Below, piece after piece: positions 20,122 to 29,161 of a stretch of 64,000 bases of DNA (the first letter of the stretch is position 1; every line of letters begins with the position of its first letter). The position numbers were made by a program, and so were the translations under genes. The notes under the pieces were generated by a model, which was given only the letters and a program-made list of their open reading frames with translations, did not search any database and was not told the origin of the DNA. This DNA comes from Bacteroidales bacterium (GTDB lineage Bacteria > Bacteroidota > Bacteroidia > Bacteroidales > UBA10428), in contig JAFGVA010000159.1 of NCBI GenBank assembly GCA_016938235.1, forward strand, positions 1,296 to 65,295, in the 5' to 3' direction.

Positions 20122-20608
20122 ACAACTAATAGAGGAAATGGAGAGAAAAGCAATCTCTATGGCTCCCGAAAATAAAGCTTTTCTTGACAAACTGGCTCGT
20201 ACAAAGCCTAAAAACCTCGATCGCATAATTCACAAGATACATTACGAGGTTTTTAACGAAGTAGACTGCCTTGATTGCGGAAGATGCTGTTCATCTCTCG
20301 GTCCGATGATTTTCGAAAGTGATATAGATAGAATGTCGTCGGCAGTTAAAATGAAAACTTCGGCTTTTAAAGATATGTACATACGGATGGATGAGGATGG
20401 AGATTATGTTTTTAAAGAAATGCCCTGTCCATTTTTAGGTCATGATAATTACTGCTTTATTTACCAAAACAGGCCTAAAGCCTGCCGCGAATATCCCCAT
20501 ACCGACAGAAAAAGGTTTTACCAGGTTGCCCTTAAAACATATTACAATATAACTACCTGTCCCGCTGTTTTTGAAATTGTAAATCGGTTAAAAAGGGAAA
20601 TGGTATAG
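20108..20608 (+). CDS. YkgJ-family cysteine-cluster protein (UPF0153)
   Basis: CLDCGRCCS ... CPFL ... NYCFIYQNRPKACREYP is the characteristic Cys pattern. The ATG at 20108 overlaps the EamA stop. Confidence 0.75.
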   Translation: MSATRQLIEEMERKAISMAPENKAFLDKLARTKPKNLDRIIHKIHYEVFNEVDCLDCGRCCSSLGPMIFESDIDRMSSAVKMKTSAFKDMYIRMDEDGDYVFKEMPCPFLGHDNYCFIYQNRPKACREYPHTDRKRFYQVALKTYYNITTCPAVFEIVNRLKREMV

Positions 20609-21488
20609 CGGGTACTATTACATTTAATCCTTTCGGAATAATCCTTATTTTAACAGGACCTTGCAGTATTAAGGGTTCTCCGTCAATATGAAATTCGTAT
20701 TCCTTTTTTTTTCTGAAGGTAACTTTTTCAACCTGGAAAGTTTCAATATATCGGCTTCTGTCAATATTTCTGGCAAATAACCTTAAGGCCAGTTGAAGAG
20801 CTTTGTACCAGGGGAAAGGTTTTAGTACGGAAACCTCCAGTTTGCCGTCGTTAAGTTTTGCTTTTGGTGCTATATATGCATTATTGCCATATTGTCCGGC
20901 ATTTGCAACAGTTACCAGAAAAGCTCTTTTTGTATATTTTTGGCCATCGAGTTTTAGCTTGAATTTTTTCGACCCGTAGCCAAAAAATTCGCGCAGAATC
21001 ATTTTTATGTATGTCTTGAAACCTCGTGTTTCGCTTTTGGAGAATTTGTAACCAATGTGTGCATCAAAACCTGAACCACAGGTGCAAAAGAAATACCGGT
21101 CTTGCACAGAACCCAAATCAATTCTCGTTAAATGACCTTTTTTGATAATATAAATGGCTATTTTATGGTTTATCGGTATTCTTAACGAACGGGCAAGACC
21201 GTTTCCCGACCCATTCGGAATGATTCCCATAATAAGTCCCTCGGTATACGCAGCTGAAGCGACTTCATTCACCGTTCCATCACCACCAACAGCAACCACT
21301 ATATCGAAGTTGTTTTGCCTGCATTCCTTGACCAGTTCACTGGCATGCCCCTGGTACTTCGTAAATAAAATTTCGTGTTCCCAGGCATCAGAATTAAACT
21401 TTTTCGACAACAGTTTGGCCAGGTTTCGGTTTTTGCCTTTTCCTGAAACCGGATTAATAATAAACGCTATTTTCTGTTTTGCTGTCAT
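20553..21488 (-). CDS. Diacylglycerol kinase-family lipid kinase (YegS-like)
   Basis: IAFIINPVSGKGK and VVAVGGDGTVNEV motifs. ATG at 21488 (ORF-track TTG at 21497). The 3' end overlaps the convergent ykgJ-like gene by 56 nt. Confidence 0.85.
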   Translation of the reverse strand: MTAKQKIAFIINPVSGKGKNRNLAKLLSKKFNSDAWEHEILFTKYQGHASELVKECRQNNFDIVVAVGGDGTVNEVASAAYTEGLIMGIIPNGSGNGLARSLRIPINHKIAIYIIKKGHLTRIDLGSVQDRYFFCTCGSGFDAHIGYKFSKSETRGFKTYIKMILREFFGYGSKKFKLKLDGQKYTKRAFLVTVANAGQYGNNAYIAPKAKLNDGKLEVSVLKPFPWYKALQLALRLFARNIDRSRYIETFQVEKVTFRKKKEYEFHIDGEPLILQGPVKIRIIPKGLNVIVPAIPFPFLTDLQFQKQRDR

Positions 21489-21597
21489 CAGAAGCAAATT
21501 TATGATTCCAATCTGTACTAAAAGAAAAAAAATGTCGTTTAGTTACAACAATAAGATTATTTTTGACAACAGACCTAATCTACAAGACAGATATTGA

Positions 21598-22674
21598 ATG
21601 TTCAGTCAGGGTAAAAGTATAGCTTACATTATTTGTATTTTTCTGTTAGGCTTTTCAGTTTTATTGAAAGGACAGTCTTCAGGAGGAGATAATGCATATG
21701 ATTTTCTGAATGTTACTAATTCTGCCCGGGTAGCATCGTTGGGGGGCCAGCAGATTAGTCTCTGCGATGACGATTTAAACCTGGTATTTCACAATCCATC
21801 GTTGCTTACGCCGCAAATGGATAATAATATGGTACTGAATTATGTGAACTATTTTGCGGGTGTTAATTATGGTTATGCTGCCTATGCCTGGAAGCCTCAA
21901 AAACCATATACCTTAGCAGCAGGAATTCATTATGTTTACTATGGCGAGTTTACCGAGACAAATGCTTCAGCAGATATAACCGGCACATTCAGAGCGGCTG
22001 ATTATGCACTAAACTTGTTTTACTCCAGGCCGGTACTCGACAGCCTTTTGAATTTTGGTGTCAATATAAAGCCTGTTTATTCCGATTTAGAAAGCTATAT
22101 GTCTTTTGGAATGGCTTTTGATGCCGGCTTGACATACCACAATCCCGATAAACTTTTTACTGCTGCCCTGGTTGTGAAAAATACCGGTTTGCAGATTGTA
22201 AAATATTATGCAGATCAGGAACGTGAGAACCTGCCTTTCGAATTACAAATGGCAATAACACAGGAACTGAAACATGCTCCGTTCAGGTTTTCAATACTTG
22301 GGCAACAATTACAGCGTCCCAATTTAAGTTATATGAGCGATATTGATTTGGAAAAGTCAATTGATCCGCTTACAGGTGAAGTGAGAGAACAAGATCCGCT
22401 TGCAGGTTTTGCCGATAATTTTATGCGGCACATTATCTTTGGAATGGAGTTTATTCCTACTAAGAATTTTAATGTGAGAGTAGGCTATAACTACAAACGC
22501 AGGCAGGAAATGAAGCTCAGTGATGCCCCCGGAACAGTTGGTTTTTCATGGGGCTTTGGCTTAAAAGTAAGCAAATTCCATATAAGTTATGGGCGTGCAT
22601 CTTACCATGCCGCTCGTGGTTCCAATCACTTTTCTGTAGCGATGAACCTTTCTGAGTTTACGACACGATTATAA
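21598..22674 (+). CDS. porQ: Type IX secretion system protein PorQ
   Basis: Signal peptide followed by GGDNAYDFLNVTNSARVASLGG. The size (358 aa) and beta-barrel-like alternating pattern ending in aromatic residues fit my recollection of the PorQ family. Confidence 0.7.
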   Translation: MFSQGKSIAYIICIFLLGFSVLLKGQSSGGDNAYDFLNVTNSARVASLGGQQISLCDDDLNLVFHNPSLLTPQMDNNMVLNYVNYFAGVNYGYAAYAWKPQKPYTLAAGIHYVYYGEFTETNASADITGTFRAADYALNLFYSRPVLDSLLNFGVNIKPVYSDLESYMSFGMAFDAGLTYHNPDKLFTAALVVKNTGLQIVKYYADQERENLPFELQMAITQELKHAPFRFSILGQQLQRPNLSYMSDIDLEKSIDPLTGEVREQDPLAGFADNFMRHIIFGMEFIPTKNFNVRVGYNYKRRQEMKLSDAPGTVGFSWGFGLKVSKFHISYGRASYHAARGSNHFSVAMNLSEFTTRL

Positions 22675-22937
22675 ACTAAATAGCACTTTAAAATCTTCTC
22701 TTTCTTTTATTTGGGAAAAACTATTTGTAATAACCATTGAAATTTGAAGTTACTATGTCATGATCTTCCTTTGCCAAGGTGGACTAGAAAATAATTGCAG
22801 ATATGACAGATTGTAAATGTTATGATTTATTGCCAATCACTTCTGAACTTATACTTTGGACTTCATTCCTTGCTGGAATTGTGTTGTTGTGTTAAAGTAG
22901 AATTATTATCCTTATTTTTGAATTCTATTAGCAGAAA

Positions 22938-23636
22938 ATGAAGTTAAAGAACAAAATAGTGATAGCAGTTGATGGATTTTCATCATGCGGCAAAAGTACT
23001 TTTGCAAAACTTCTGGCAAAAAAGTTTGGATATATATTTATCGACACAGGCGCCATGTATCGTGCCGTTTCTTTGTTTGCCTGGAGAAACGGACTTACCA
23101 CAGGAGGTAAAATAGAAGAACAGGAACTGATTAGTAAGTTACAGCATATTAAAATTGATTTTCGGTACTCAGGCGATAAGGTTTGTACTTTTCTGAATAA
23201 TGAAAATGTTGAGAACGAAATTAGGGGAGTTGAAGTTTCAAACTTGGTTAGCGAGGTCAGTAAAATAAAAGAAGTTAGAAAATACCTGGTTAGTCTGCAG
23301 CAGGCAATGGGAAAAAATAAGGGCATTGTTATGGATGGCCGCGATATAGGTACAGTTGTATTTCCTGATGCCGAGGTTAAATTGTATATGACGGCAACCA
23401 GCAATGTAAGGGCAAAAAGGAGATATGATGAACTTATTGAAAAGGGATTTGATGTTTCGTTCGAAGAAATAAAAAAGAATATCGAAGAACGGGATAATAA
23501 CGACATGAGCCGTAAAGAAAGTCCCCTGATGAAAGCTGATGATGCTATTGAGCTGGATAATAGTAATATGACAGTTGATGAACAGGTGTTGTGGTTTAAC
23601 AGACTGTTACTGGAAAAAGGTTTAGCAATTAAATAA
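22938..23636 (+). CDS. cmk: Cytidylate kinase
   Basis: P-loop IAVDGFSSCGKSTFAKLLA, IDTGAMYRA and VMDGRDIGTVVFPDA. Confidence 0.9.
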   Translation: MKLKNKIVIAVDGFSSCGKSTFAKLLAKKFGYIFIDTGAMYRAVSLFAWRNGLTTGGKIEEQELISKLQHIKIDFRYSGDKVCTFLNNENVENEIRGVEVSNLVSEVSKIKEVRKYLVSLQQAMGKNKGIVMDGRDIGTVVFPDAEVKLYMTATSNVRAKRRYDELIEKGFDVSFEEIKKNIEERDNNDMSRKESPLMKADDAIELDNSNMTVDEQVLWFNRLLLEKGLAIK

Positions 23637-23637
23637 T

Positions 23638-24498
23638 ATGCAGGTAATTGTCGACGATAAATCAGGTTTTTGTTTTGGAGTTAAGAAGGCTATAGAACTC
23701 TCCGAGGCTGAACTAAACAAAAATAGTTCGCTTTACTGTCTGGGCGATATTGTTCATAACGAAGAAGAAGTAGACCGCCTGCAAAAGTTAGGGTTAAAGG
23801 TAATTGACAGGGAAGAATTTTTTTCCCTCAGGAATGCTACCGTTTTAATCAGAGCTCATGGTGAACCTCCATCAACATACAATTATGCAAAAAAAAATAA
23901 GCTCACGCTTATTGAGGGAACCTGTCCTGTTGTATTAAAGCTTCAGCAGCGCATGAAGAAAAAATACGAAGAACTTGGCGATAAGGGCAACATTGTCATT
24001 TTCGGAAAAGCTCAACATCCTGAGGTAATTGGACTAAACGGACAGGTTGATAACAAGGCTAAAATTGTTCAGGATAAATCGGATTTGGATGATATTGATT
24101 TTTCGAAACCTGTAGTGTTGTTCTCCCAGACAACCATGAATCGCGACAGATACCATGTACTTAAAGCAGAACTTGAAAAGCGACTTAAAACACCCGAATT
24201 GCTGGAAGCATACGATACTATTTGCGGGCAAATGGCAAACCGTGCTCCCTGGCTAAAGGAATTTAGTAAAACAGTTGATGCCATAGTATTTGTGGGAGGT
24301 AAAAAAAGCTCAAACAGTAAGGTTTTGTATGGGCATTGCAAAGATACAAACCCAAACAGCTATTTTGTGAGCTCTGTTTCGGAAAGTGAAAATCTTGAAT
24401 TGTCTGAATTTGATAAAGTGGGTGTTTGCGGGGCCACATCAACCCCCCAGTGGTTAATGGAGAATGTTGCCGACTCTATTCGAAGGAGGTATACCTGA
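23638..24498 (+). CDS. ispH: 4-hydroxy-3-methylbut-2-enyl diphosphate reductase
   Basis: Three cluster cysteines in GFCFGVKKAI, EGTCPVV and DTICGQMANR, plus SSNS. Starts 2 nt after cmk. Confidence 0.9.
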   Translation: MQVIVDDKSGFCFGVKKAIELSEAELNKNSSLYCLGDIVHNEEEVDRLQKLGLKVIDREEFFSLRNATVLIRAHGEPPSTYNYAKKNKLTLIEGTCPVVLKLQQRMKKKYEELGDKGNIVIFGKAQHPEVIGLNGQVDNKAKIVQDKSDLDDIDFSKPVVLFSQTTMNRDRYHVLKAELEKRLKTPELLEAYDTICGQMANRAPWLKEFSKTVDAIVFVGGKKSSNSKVLYGHCKDTNPNSYFVSSVSESENLELSEFDKVGVCGATSTPQWLMENVADSIRRRYT

Positions 24499-24499
24499 T

Positions 24500-26992
24500 A
24501 TGCAGGTTCACACACCAAAATATGTTGATGTAATATTACCGGTTTCGGTACCTAAGCTATATACTTATAACTTGCCTGAGAATATCTCTGAAGAGGAAGT
24601 TAGGCCCGGCATGAGGGTTTGTGTGCAGTTTGGAAAGAGAAAATTATTTACGGCACTTGTTGTTAAAATCCATTCCCAGGCTCCTGCTGAATACGAAACA
24701 AAAGAGATAATTGCTTTGCTTGACGACTACCCTGTGGTTCTGGATTGGCAAATAAAGTTTTGGGAATGGATTGCGGAATATTACATGTGTACCCGGGGCG
24801 AGGTGTTGAATGCGGCTTTACCTGTCGGACTGCGTCCCGAAGGACAAACACAGGTTTTTCTGAATGAAATTCCGGAATCGGGAATTGATCTAAAAACAAA
24901 CGAAGAAAACATAGTAAAAGCCATTGAAAACAATCCGGGAATAACTATTGATAAGCTCACTCAGCTTTCCGGCAGGAAAGAAGTTATGCCAGTCCTTCGT
25001 CAGTTACTCTACAGAGAGGTAATCAGTTTTAGTGAGTCTTTACGGGAAAACTATAAACCAAAATTGGTTCCGGTACTTCATCTGCACGAAAATCTGAAAC
25101 ATGAAAAAATATTGGGTGAATTGATGAATCACCTCGAAAAAAGAGCGCCGAAACAGCTACAGGCATTGCTGGCTTTCCTCGATTTGTCAGGTTTTATTAA
25201 AGAGAAGAAATTTTCTCCTGTATTAAAATCTTTAGTCATAAGCAAAGCAAAGGTACCCTCTGCTGCAGTAAAGGCTTTGGTTGACCGTGATGTTTTTATT
25301 GTTGAAGAAGTTGAATCTTCGAGGTTTCTGAATGAGGAAAAAACACAGGCCGATAAGGTAGTTCTTAACGAATACCAGGAGAAAGCATTAAAAGAGATAA
25401 AAGAAACTTTTGAAAATAACGAAGTTACATTGCTTCGCGGGGTAACCTCCAGCGGTAAAACTGAAATATATATCCACCTGATTGAAGAACAACTGGGACA
25501 AGGAAAGCAGGTGTTGTATTTATTGCCCGAGATTGCACTTACAACACAGATAATTCTGCGTCTTCAGAATGTTTTTGGAAACAGAATCGGGATTTACCAT
25601 TCGAAATACAACGATGCCGAGCGTGTTGAAGTCTGGAATAATTTGCTTGGTTACAGGGCTTCCGATGCTGTAACTTATGATATTATTCTTGGAGTACGCT
25701 CATCGGTATTTCTTCCTTATAAAAATCTGGGCTTAATTATTGTTGATGAGGAACATGAAAATACCTATAAACAGTTTGATCCTGCACCACGATATCATGC
25801 CCGTGATACTGCCATAGTGCTTGCCTCGCTGCATAAGGCAAAGGTACTTTTAGGCACGGCCACCCCTTCGGTCGAAAGTTATTTGAATGCAAAAACAGGT
25901 AAATACGGCTATGTTGAATTGTTAAACCGCTACCTCGATATTCAGTTGCCAGAGATTAAAGTTGCGGATGTCAGGAGAGCCCGAAAAAAAAAGCAAATGA
26001 GTGGGCATTTTTCGCCGGATTTAATTACCGAAATTCAGCAGGCTTTAAATAATAATGAGCAGATTATTTTATTTCAGAACCGAAGAGGATTTGCTCCCTA
26101 CCTTGAATGTGCCGATTGCGGATGGATACCGGGCTGTAAACACTGCGATGTTAGTCTGACCTACCATAAACTGAAAAACAGGCTTAATTGCCATTATTGT
26201 GGGTACAATATGCCTGCTGTTGTGCGCTGTAATGCCTGTGGCAGTCATAATATTCAAACCCGCGGATTTGGAACCGAGAAGGTCGAAGACGATATTCAAC
26301 TTATTTTTCCTGAGGCACGTCTGCTGAGATTAGATATGGATACTACAAGGAAAAAGCGCTCTTATGATGAGATTATTGATAAATTCTCAACCGGACAGGT
26401 AGATGTTCTTATCGGAACACAAATGGTATCAAAAGGACTTGATTTTGATAATGTGAGTGTGGTGGGTATCCTAAATGCCGATAATATGCTGAATTTCCCC
26501 GATTTCAGAGCATTTGAACGTAGTTTCCAAATGATGGCGCAGGTGAGTGGCCGGGCAGGACGCAAAAAGAAACGGGGAAAGGTTATTATTCAAACGGGAG
26601 AACCGGAACATTCAATTATTAAACAGGTTGTTAATAATGATATTGAGGGGTTTTTTAATATTCAACTTTCGGAGCGCAAAAAATATATTTATCCACCCTA
26701 CATTCGTCTGGTAAAAATAATTATCAAACATGGCGATAGCAAAACACTTAGGGAAGCTTCAAACAAGCTTGCCTCAGAATTGCGAAAACTGTTTGGGAAT
26801 CGTGTTCTTGGTCCCGAGCCACCCGTAATTGGAAGAATTCAGAACTGGTACATCAATCATATACTTATCAAGCTCAATAAATCACAGAATGTAGGGCAGC
26901 AAAAGAAACAAATTGCTGATTTAAGCTATAATTTAAAGACACATACAGGCTACTCCGGATTGCAGCTATTTTTCGATGTGGATCCTTTTTAA
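24500..26992 (+). CDS. priA: Primosomal replication restart helicase PriA
   Basis: Walker A GVTSSGKTEIY, DEEH box IVDEEHE, Zn-finger cysteines CADCGW..CKHCD...CHYCGY...CNACGS. ATG at 24500 lies just after the ispH stop; the ORF-track start at 24464 overlaps ispH. Confidence 0.9.
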   Translation: MQVHTPKYVDVILPVSVPKLYTYNLPENISEEEVRPGMRVCVQFGKRKLFTALVVKIHSQAPAEYETKEIIALLDDYPVVLDWQIKFWEWIAEYYMCTRGEVLNAALPVGLRPEGQTQVFLNEIPESGIDLKTNEENIVKAIENNPGITIDKLTQLSGRKEVMPVLRQLLYREVISFSESLRENYKPKLVPVLHLHENLKHEKILGELMNHLEKRAPKQLQALLAFLDLSGFIKEKKFSPVLKSLVISKAKVPSAAVKALVDRDVFIVEEVESSRFLNEEKTQADKVVLNEYQEKALKEIKETFENNEVTLLRGVTSSGKTEIYIHLIEEQLGQGKQVLYLLPEIALTTQIILRLQNVFGNRIGIYHSKYNDAERVEVWNNLLGYRASDAVTYDIILGVRSSVFLPYKNLGLIIVDEEHENTYKQFDPAPRYHARDTAIVLASLHKAKVLLGTATPSVESYLNAKTGKYGYVELLNRYLDIQLPEIKVADVRRARKKKQMSGHFSPDLITEIQQALNNNEQIILFQNRRGFAPYLECADCGWIPGCKHCDVSLTYHKLKNRLNCHYCGYNMPAVVRCNACGSHNIQTRGFGTEKVEDDIQLIFPEARLLRLDMDTTRKKRSYDEIIDKFSTGQVDVLIGTQMVSKGLDFDNVSVVGILNADNMLNFPDFRAFERSFQMMAQVSGRAGRKKKRGKVIIQTGEPEHSIIKQVVNNDIEGFFNIQLSERKKYIYPPYIRLVKIIIKHGDSKTLREASNKLASELRKLFGNRVLGPEPPVIGRIQNWYINHILIKLNKSQNVGQQKKQIADLSYNLKTHTGYSGLQLFFDVDPF

Positions 26993-28197
26993 TCGGCTGC
27001 ATCGTTCGAAGCTTTTGCTTCTGCTTCTGCCTGGGCCTGGGCAGCAAAATCATATATAAATGCAAGATTAAATATGTCTTCTAATTGCTCTTCAGACAGG
27101 CTATTATGAATAAACAGAACTTTGCGATCTCCAAGTTCATTTATCAGAATTTTAAGTCCATCATCGGTTGTTACTTCGGCACAATAAAATTCGGGAATCC
27201 AGATTATTTTATATTTTTTTTCCTTAAAAGTTCCTTCCAATTCATTGTAGCTATATTGAAATTCACCAACATCTTCTTTTTTATCGTTTTGAATGGCTAT
27301 TTGCACACCCGAAGAGATGCTTAAAAAATTAAAAAGTGTACTTTCGCTTGATTTTATCTTAATAATGTAATCTTCATTTTTTAAGGTGTTTGTGAGGCGA
27401 TAGCTATATCGAACCTTATTACCTTCAAAAATATTTCCCAAATCAAATTCATTATCCAGTCCATCAAAGAATTTATCCTTGAAAGTCACAACCTCTTTTA
27501 AATCGTCCATGCTTCTTCCGTAAAGGTATGAGCGATAGTTCGGTACGAGGTAGAATTTTTCAGCGTTTGACAAAAATTCAGAATAATGCTCAGTTGGGGG
27601 CTTCAAATTATATCGTTTTTCTTCCCGTTTTATTTTGCCCTCAAACGCATTTAACAAACCATCAAAATAAAATACATAAAAATCCTGCTCACTCATCTCA
27701 ACTGCTCCCACAATATCTTCCTCAATCATGGGTGTAAAGGGAATTTTGTTTTTGAATTTATATACACTTCTGCCTTTGTGGTTATATGCTTTAACACGTG
27801 TCATGAAGGAGTATGTCACTCCTGTATTCGTCATAATACTTAATTGAAGAATTGTCTCAACAGAAATATAGATCGTTCCTTTCTCGCCTGATTTTGCAGC
27901 CTCTTTCACTTTTAATTTTGGGGCTGTAAAATTTTCGAGGTAGTTAATCTTCCCCGGATTATCAAAGATTACAGTATCCACACCAAAACGATTTTTAGAA
28001 TACCGGGCAATATCAGATTGTATATCGTTTATAAATTCCTGGTGCTGAAAATACATTGGAAATGTTTCCTGATTTGTGCCCTCGCCTAATCGTAATAGGT
28101 AATTTATATCGGTTACTACAGCTTTATGGTATTTTTGAGCAGCCAGGTTCTGGCTAAAAAGAATAATACCGATGGATAAGATAGTTGTAACTCTCAT
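26989..28197 (-). CDS. Hypothetical secreted protein (signal peptide, Ala/Gln/Glu-rich tail)
   Basis: N-terminal MRVTTILSIGIILFSQNLAAQ looks like a signal peptide. I recognise no family motif. The C-terminus is AAQAQAEAEAKASNDAAD. Confidence 0.5.
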   Translation of the reverse strand: MRVTTILSIGIILFSQNLAAQKYHKAVVTDINYLLRLGEGTNQETFPMYFQHQEFINDIQSDIARYSKNRFGVDTVIFDNPGKINYLENFTAPKLKVKEAAKSGEKGTIYISVETILQLSIMTNTGVTYSFMTRVKAYNHKGRSVYKFKNKIPFTPMIEEDIVGAVEMSEQDFYVFYFDGLLNAFEGKIKREEKRYNLKPPTEHYSEFLSNAEKFYLVPNYRSYLYGRSMDDLKEVVTFKDKFFDGLDNEFDLGNIFEGNKVRYSYRLTNTLKNEDYIIKIKSSESTLFNFLSISSGVQIAIQNDKKEDVGEFQYSYNELEGTFKEKKYKIIWIPEFYCAEVTTDDGLKILINELGDRKVLFIHNSLSEEQLEDIFNLAFIYDFAAQAQAEAEAKASNDAAD

Positions 28198-28376
28198 CTG
28201 ATGCTTATGTTTGGTTTATGCAAATTTTACAAATTTCCTTCCAGAACTATTTGTAAAACTTACTGATTTGGGAAAATTATTAATTGCTATTTTATAACAA
28301 ACAGACATTAAAATTTCTTACAGGCTGCATGCTGTGCTTTTTAAAATTAAATATTTTATCAATTCAATAGAATACT

Positions 28377-28384
28377 TAAATTTG
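28377..28384 (+). promoter_or_regulatory. Bacteroidota -7 promoter box (TAnnTTTG) upstream of the tRNA-Pro leader array
   Basis: TAAATTTG is a perfect match to TAnnTTTG. It lies 17 nt before the first tRNA-like unit. Confidence 0.5.
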
Positions 28385-28401
28385 CTGTCTGATATTTTAT
28401 G

Positions 28402-28611
28402 CGGGGCATAGCGCTTCCGATAGTTATCGGGACCGGTGAGCGAGTTGAGGATGTCCCGCAGAAATTATAGAATTATTTCGACCGCAAAACGTGAAACTAA
28501 TATTTACGGGGCATAGCGCTCCCGATAGTTATCGGGACCGGTAAGTGAGTTGAGGATGTTCCGCAGACATTATAGAATTATTTCGACTGCAAAACGTGAA
28601 ACTAATATTTA
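28402..28611 (+). repeat. Two head-to-tail 105-bp units, each an anticodon-less tRNA-Pro look-alike (~57 nt) plus spacer, abutting tRNA-Pro
   Basis: Units 28402..28506 and 28507..28611 are 99/105 identical. Each starts with CGGGGCATAGCGC, the first 13 nt of the tRNA. Next comes the hairpin T(T/C)CCGAT-AGTT-ATCGGGA, then CCGGT, and later TGT(C/T)CCG, which can pair back to CGGGGCA. Confidence 0.9.
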
Positions 28612-28685
28612 CGGGGCATAGCGCAGTCCGGTAGCGCGCTACGTTCGGGACGTAGAGGTCGTGGGTTCGAATCCCGCTGCCCCGA
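28612..28685 (+). tRNA. tRNA-Pro (anticodon CGG)
   Basis: Cloverleaf folded by hand: acceptor CGGGGCA/TGCCCCG, D-stem GCGC/GCGC, anticodon stem CTACG/CGTAG with loop TTCGGGA (CGG at 28646..28648), T-arm GTGGG-TTCGAAT-CCCGC, discriminator A. CCA is not encoded. Confidence 0.9.
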
Positions 28686-28695
28686 CAAAAGAAAA

Positions 28696-28724
28696 GTCTG
28701 ACACCGAAGTGTTGGACTTTTTTT
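28696..28724 (+). terminator. Rho-independent terminator after tRNA-Pro
   Basis: GTCTGACAC-CGAA-GTGTTGGAC (9 bp including 2 G.U pairs) followed by TTTTTTT. Confidence 0.7.
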
Positions 28725-28822
28725 AGTATTTCCTCTTTTTGGTGCTTATGTGAAAATCAAATCAAATCTAATTATTGTTCTTGATATAAGCTGATCGGGT
28801 TACCTATGAAAACAAGTTTTTG

Positions 28823-28908
28823 CTAAAAAAAAGAGGTTGCTCCTGCAGAACAACCTCTTCTAAATCCAACCAAACCCTACATCAAAATGCTATGAAAACT
28901 TGTATCTT
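28823..28908 (-). repeat. Copy A of an ~85-bp element (minus-strand hairpin + T-run, terminator-like), orphan copy upstream of GH31
   Basis: About 90% identical to 31353..31435. On the minus strand it reads ...GATGTAGGGTTTGGTTGGATTTAGAAGAGGTTGTTCTGCAGGAGCAACCTCTTTTTTTTAG. Confidence 0.85.
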
Positions 28909-29161
28909 ACTTTTCTTGATATTTACTTGATTTTACGGGAATAACAACTAAAAGTTTTAAGTAGAAATACCCGAAAAATGCTTTTTAATACTTATTTATT
29001 TATGAGTATAAACCGAAAAATCTGCGTATTATTTCCCGGATACAAGTTTTTATGATTATTTTAACTTTTAATCAAAAGTTCCCGAGAACCAAATAACTGT
29101 TTTTCAAGTTCCATTTTATTATTTTTAATTGCATTACAATGTTTTAAACAATAGAAATGTT

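Noticed and set aside
21154-21597. 147-aa plus-strand ORF
   Set aside because: Antisense to the lipid kinase gene. No motifs.
22928-23506. 192-aa minus-strand ORF
   Set aside because: It lies entirely antisense to cmk, which has unambiguous kinase motifs. The product is low-complexity (S/F/L/I-rich) with no recognisable motif, typical of a shadow ORF in AT-rich DNA.
24464-24499. Upstream start for priA overlapping ispH
   Set aside because: The ATG at 24500 sits directly after the ispH stop and gives the usual PriA N-terminus (..YVDVILPV). The longer form would overlap ispH by 35 nt with no added homology.
27001-27060. GCTTCTGC/GCCTGGGC repeats at the 3' end of the hypothetical gene, considered as a DNA repeat
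   Set aside because: This is simply the coding sequence of the low-complexity AQAQAEAEAKA tail. No independent repeat element.
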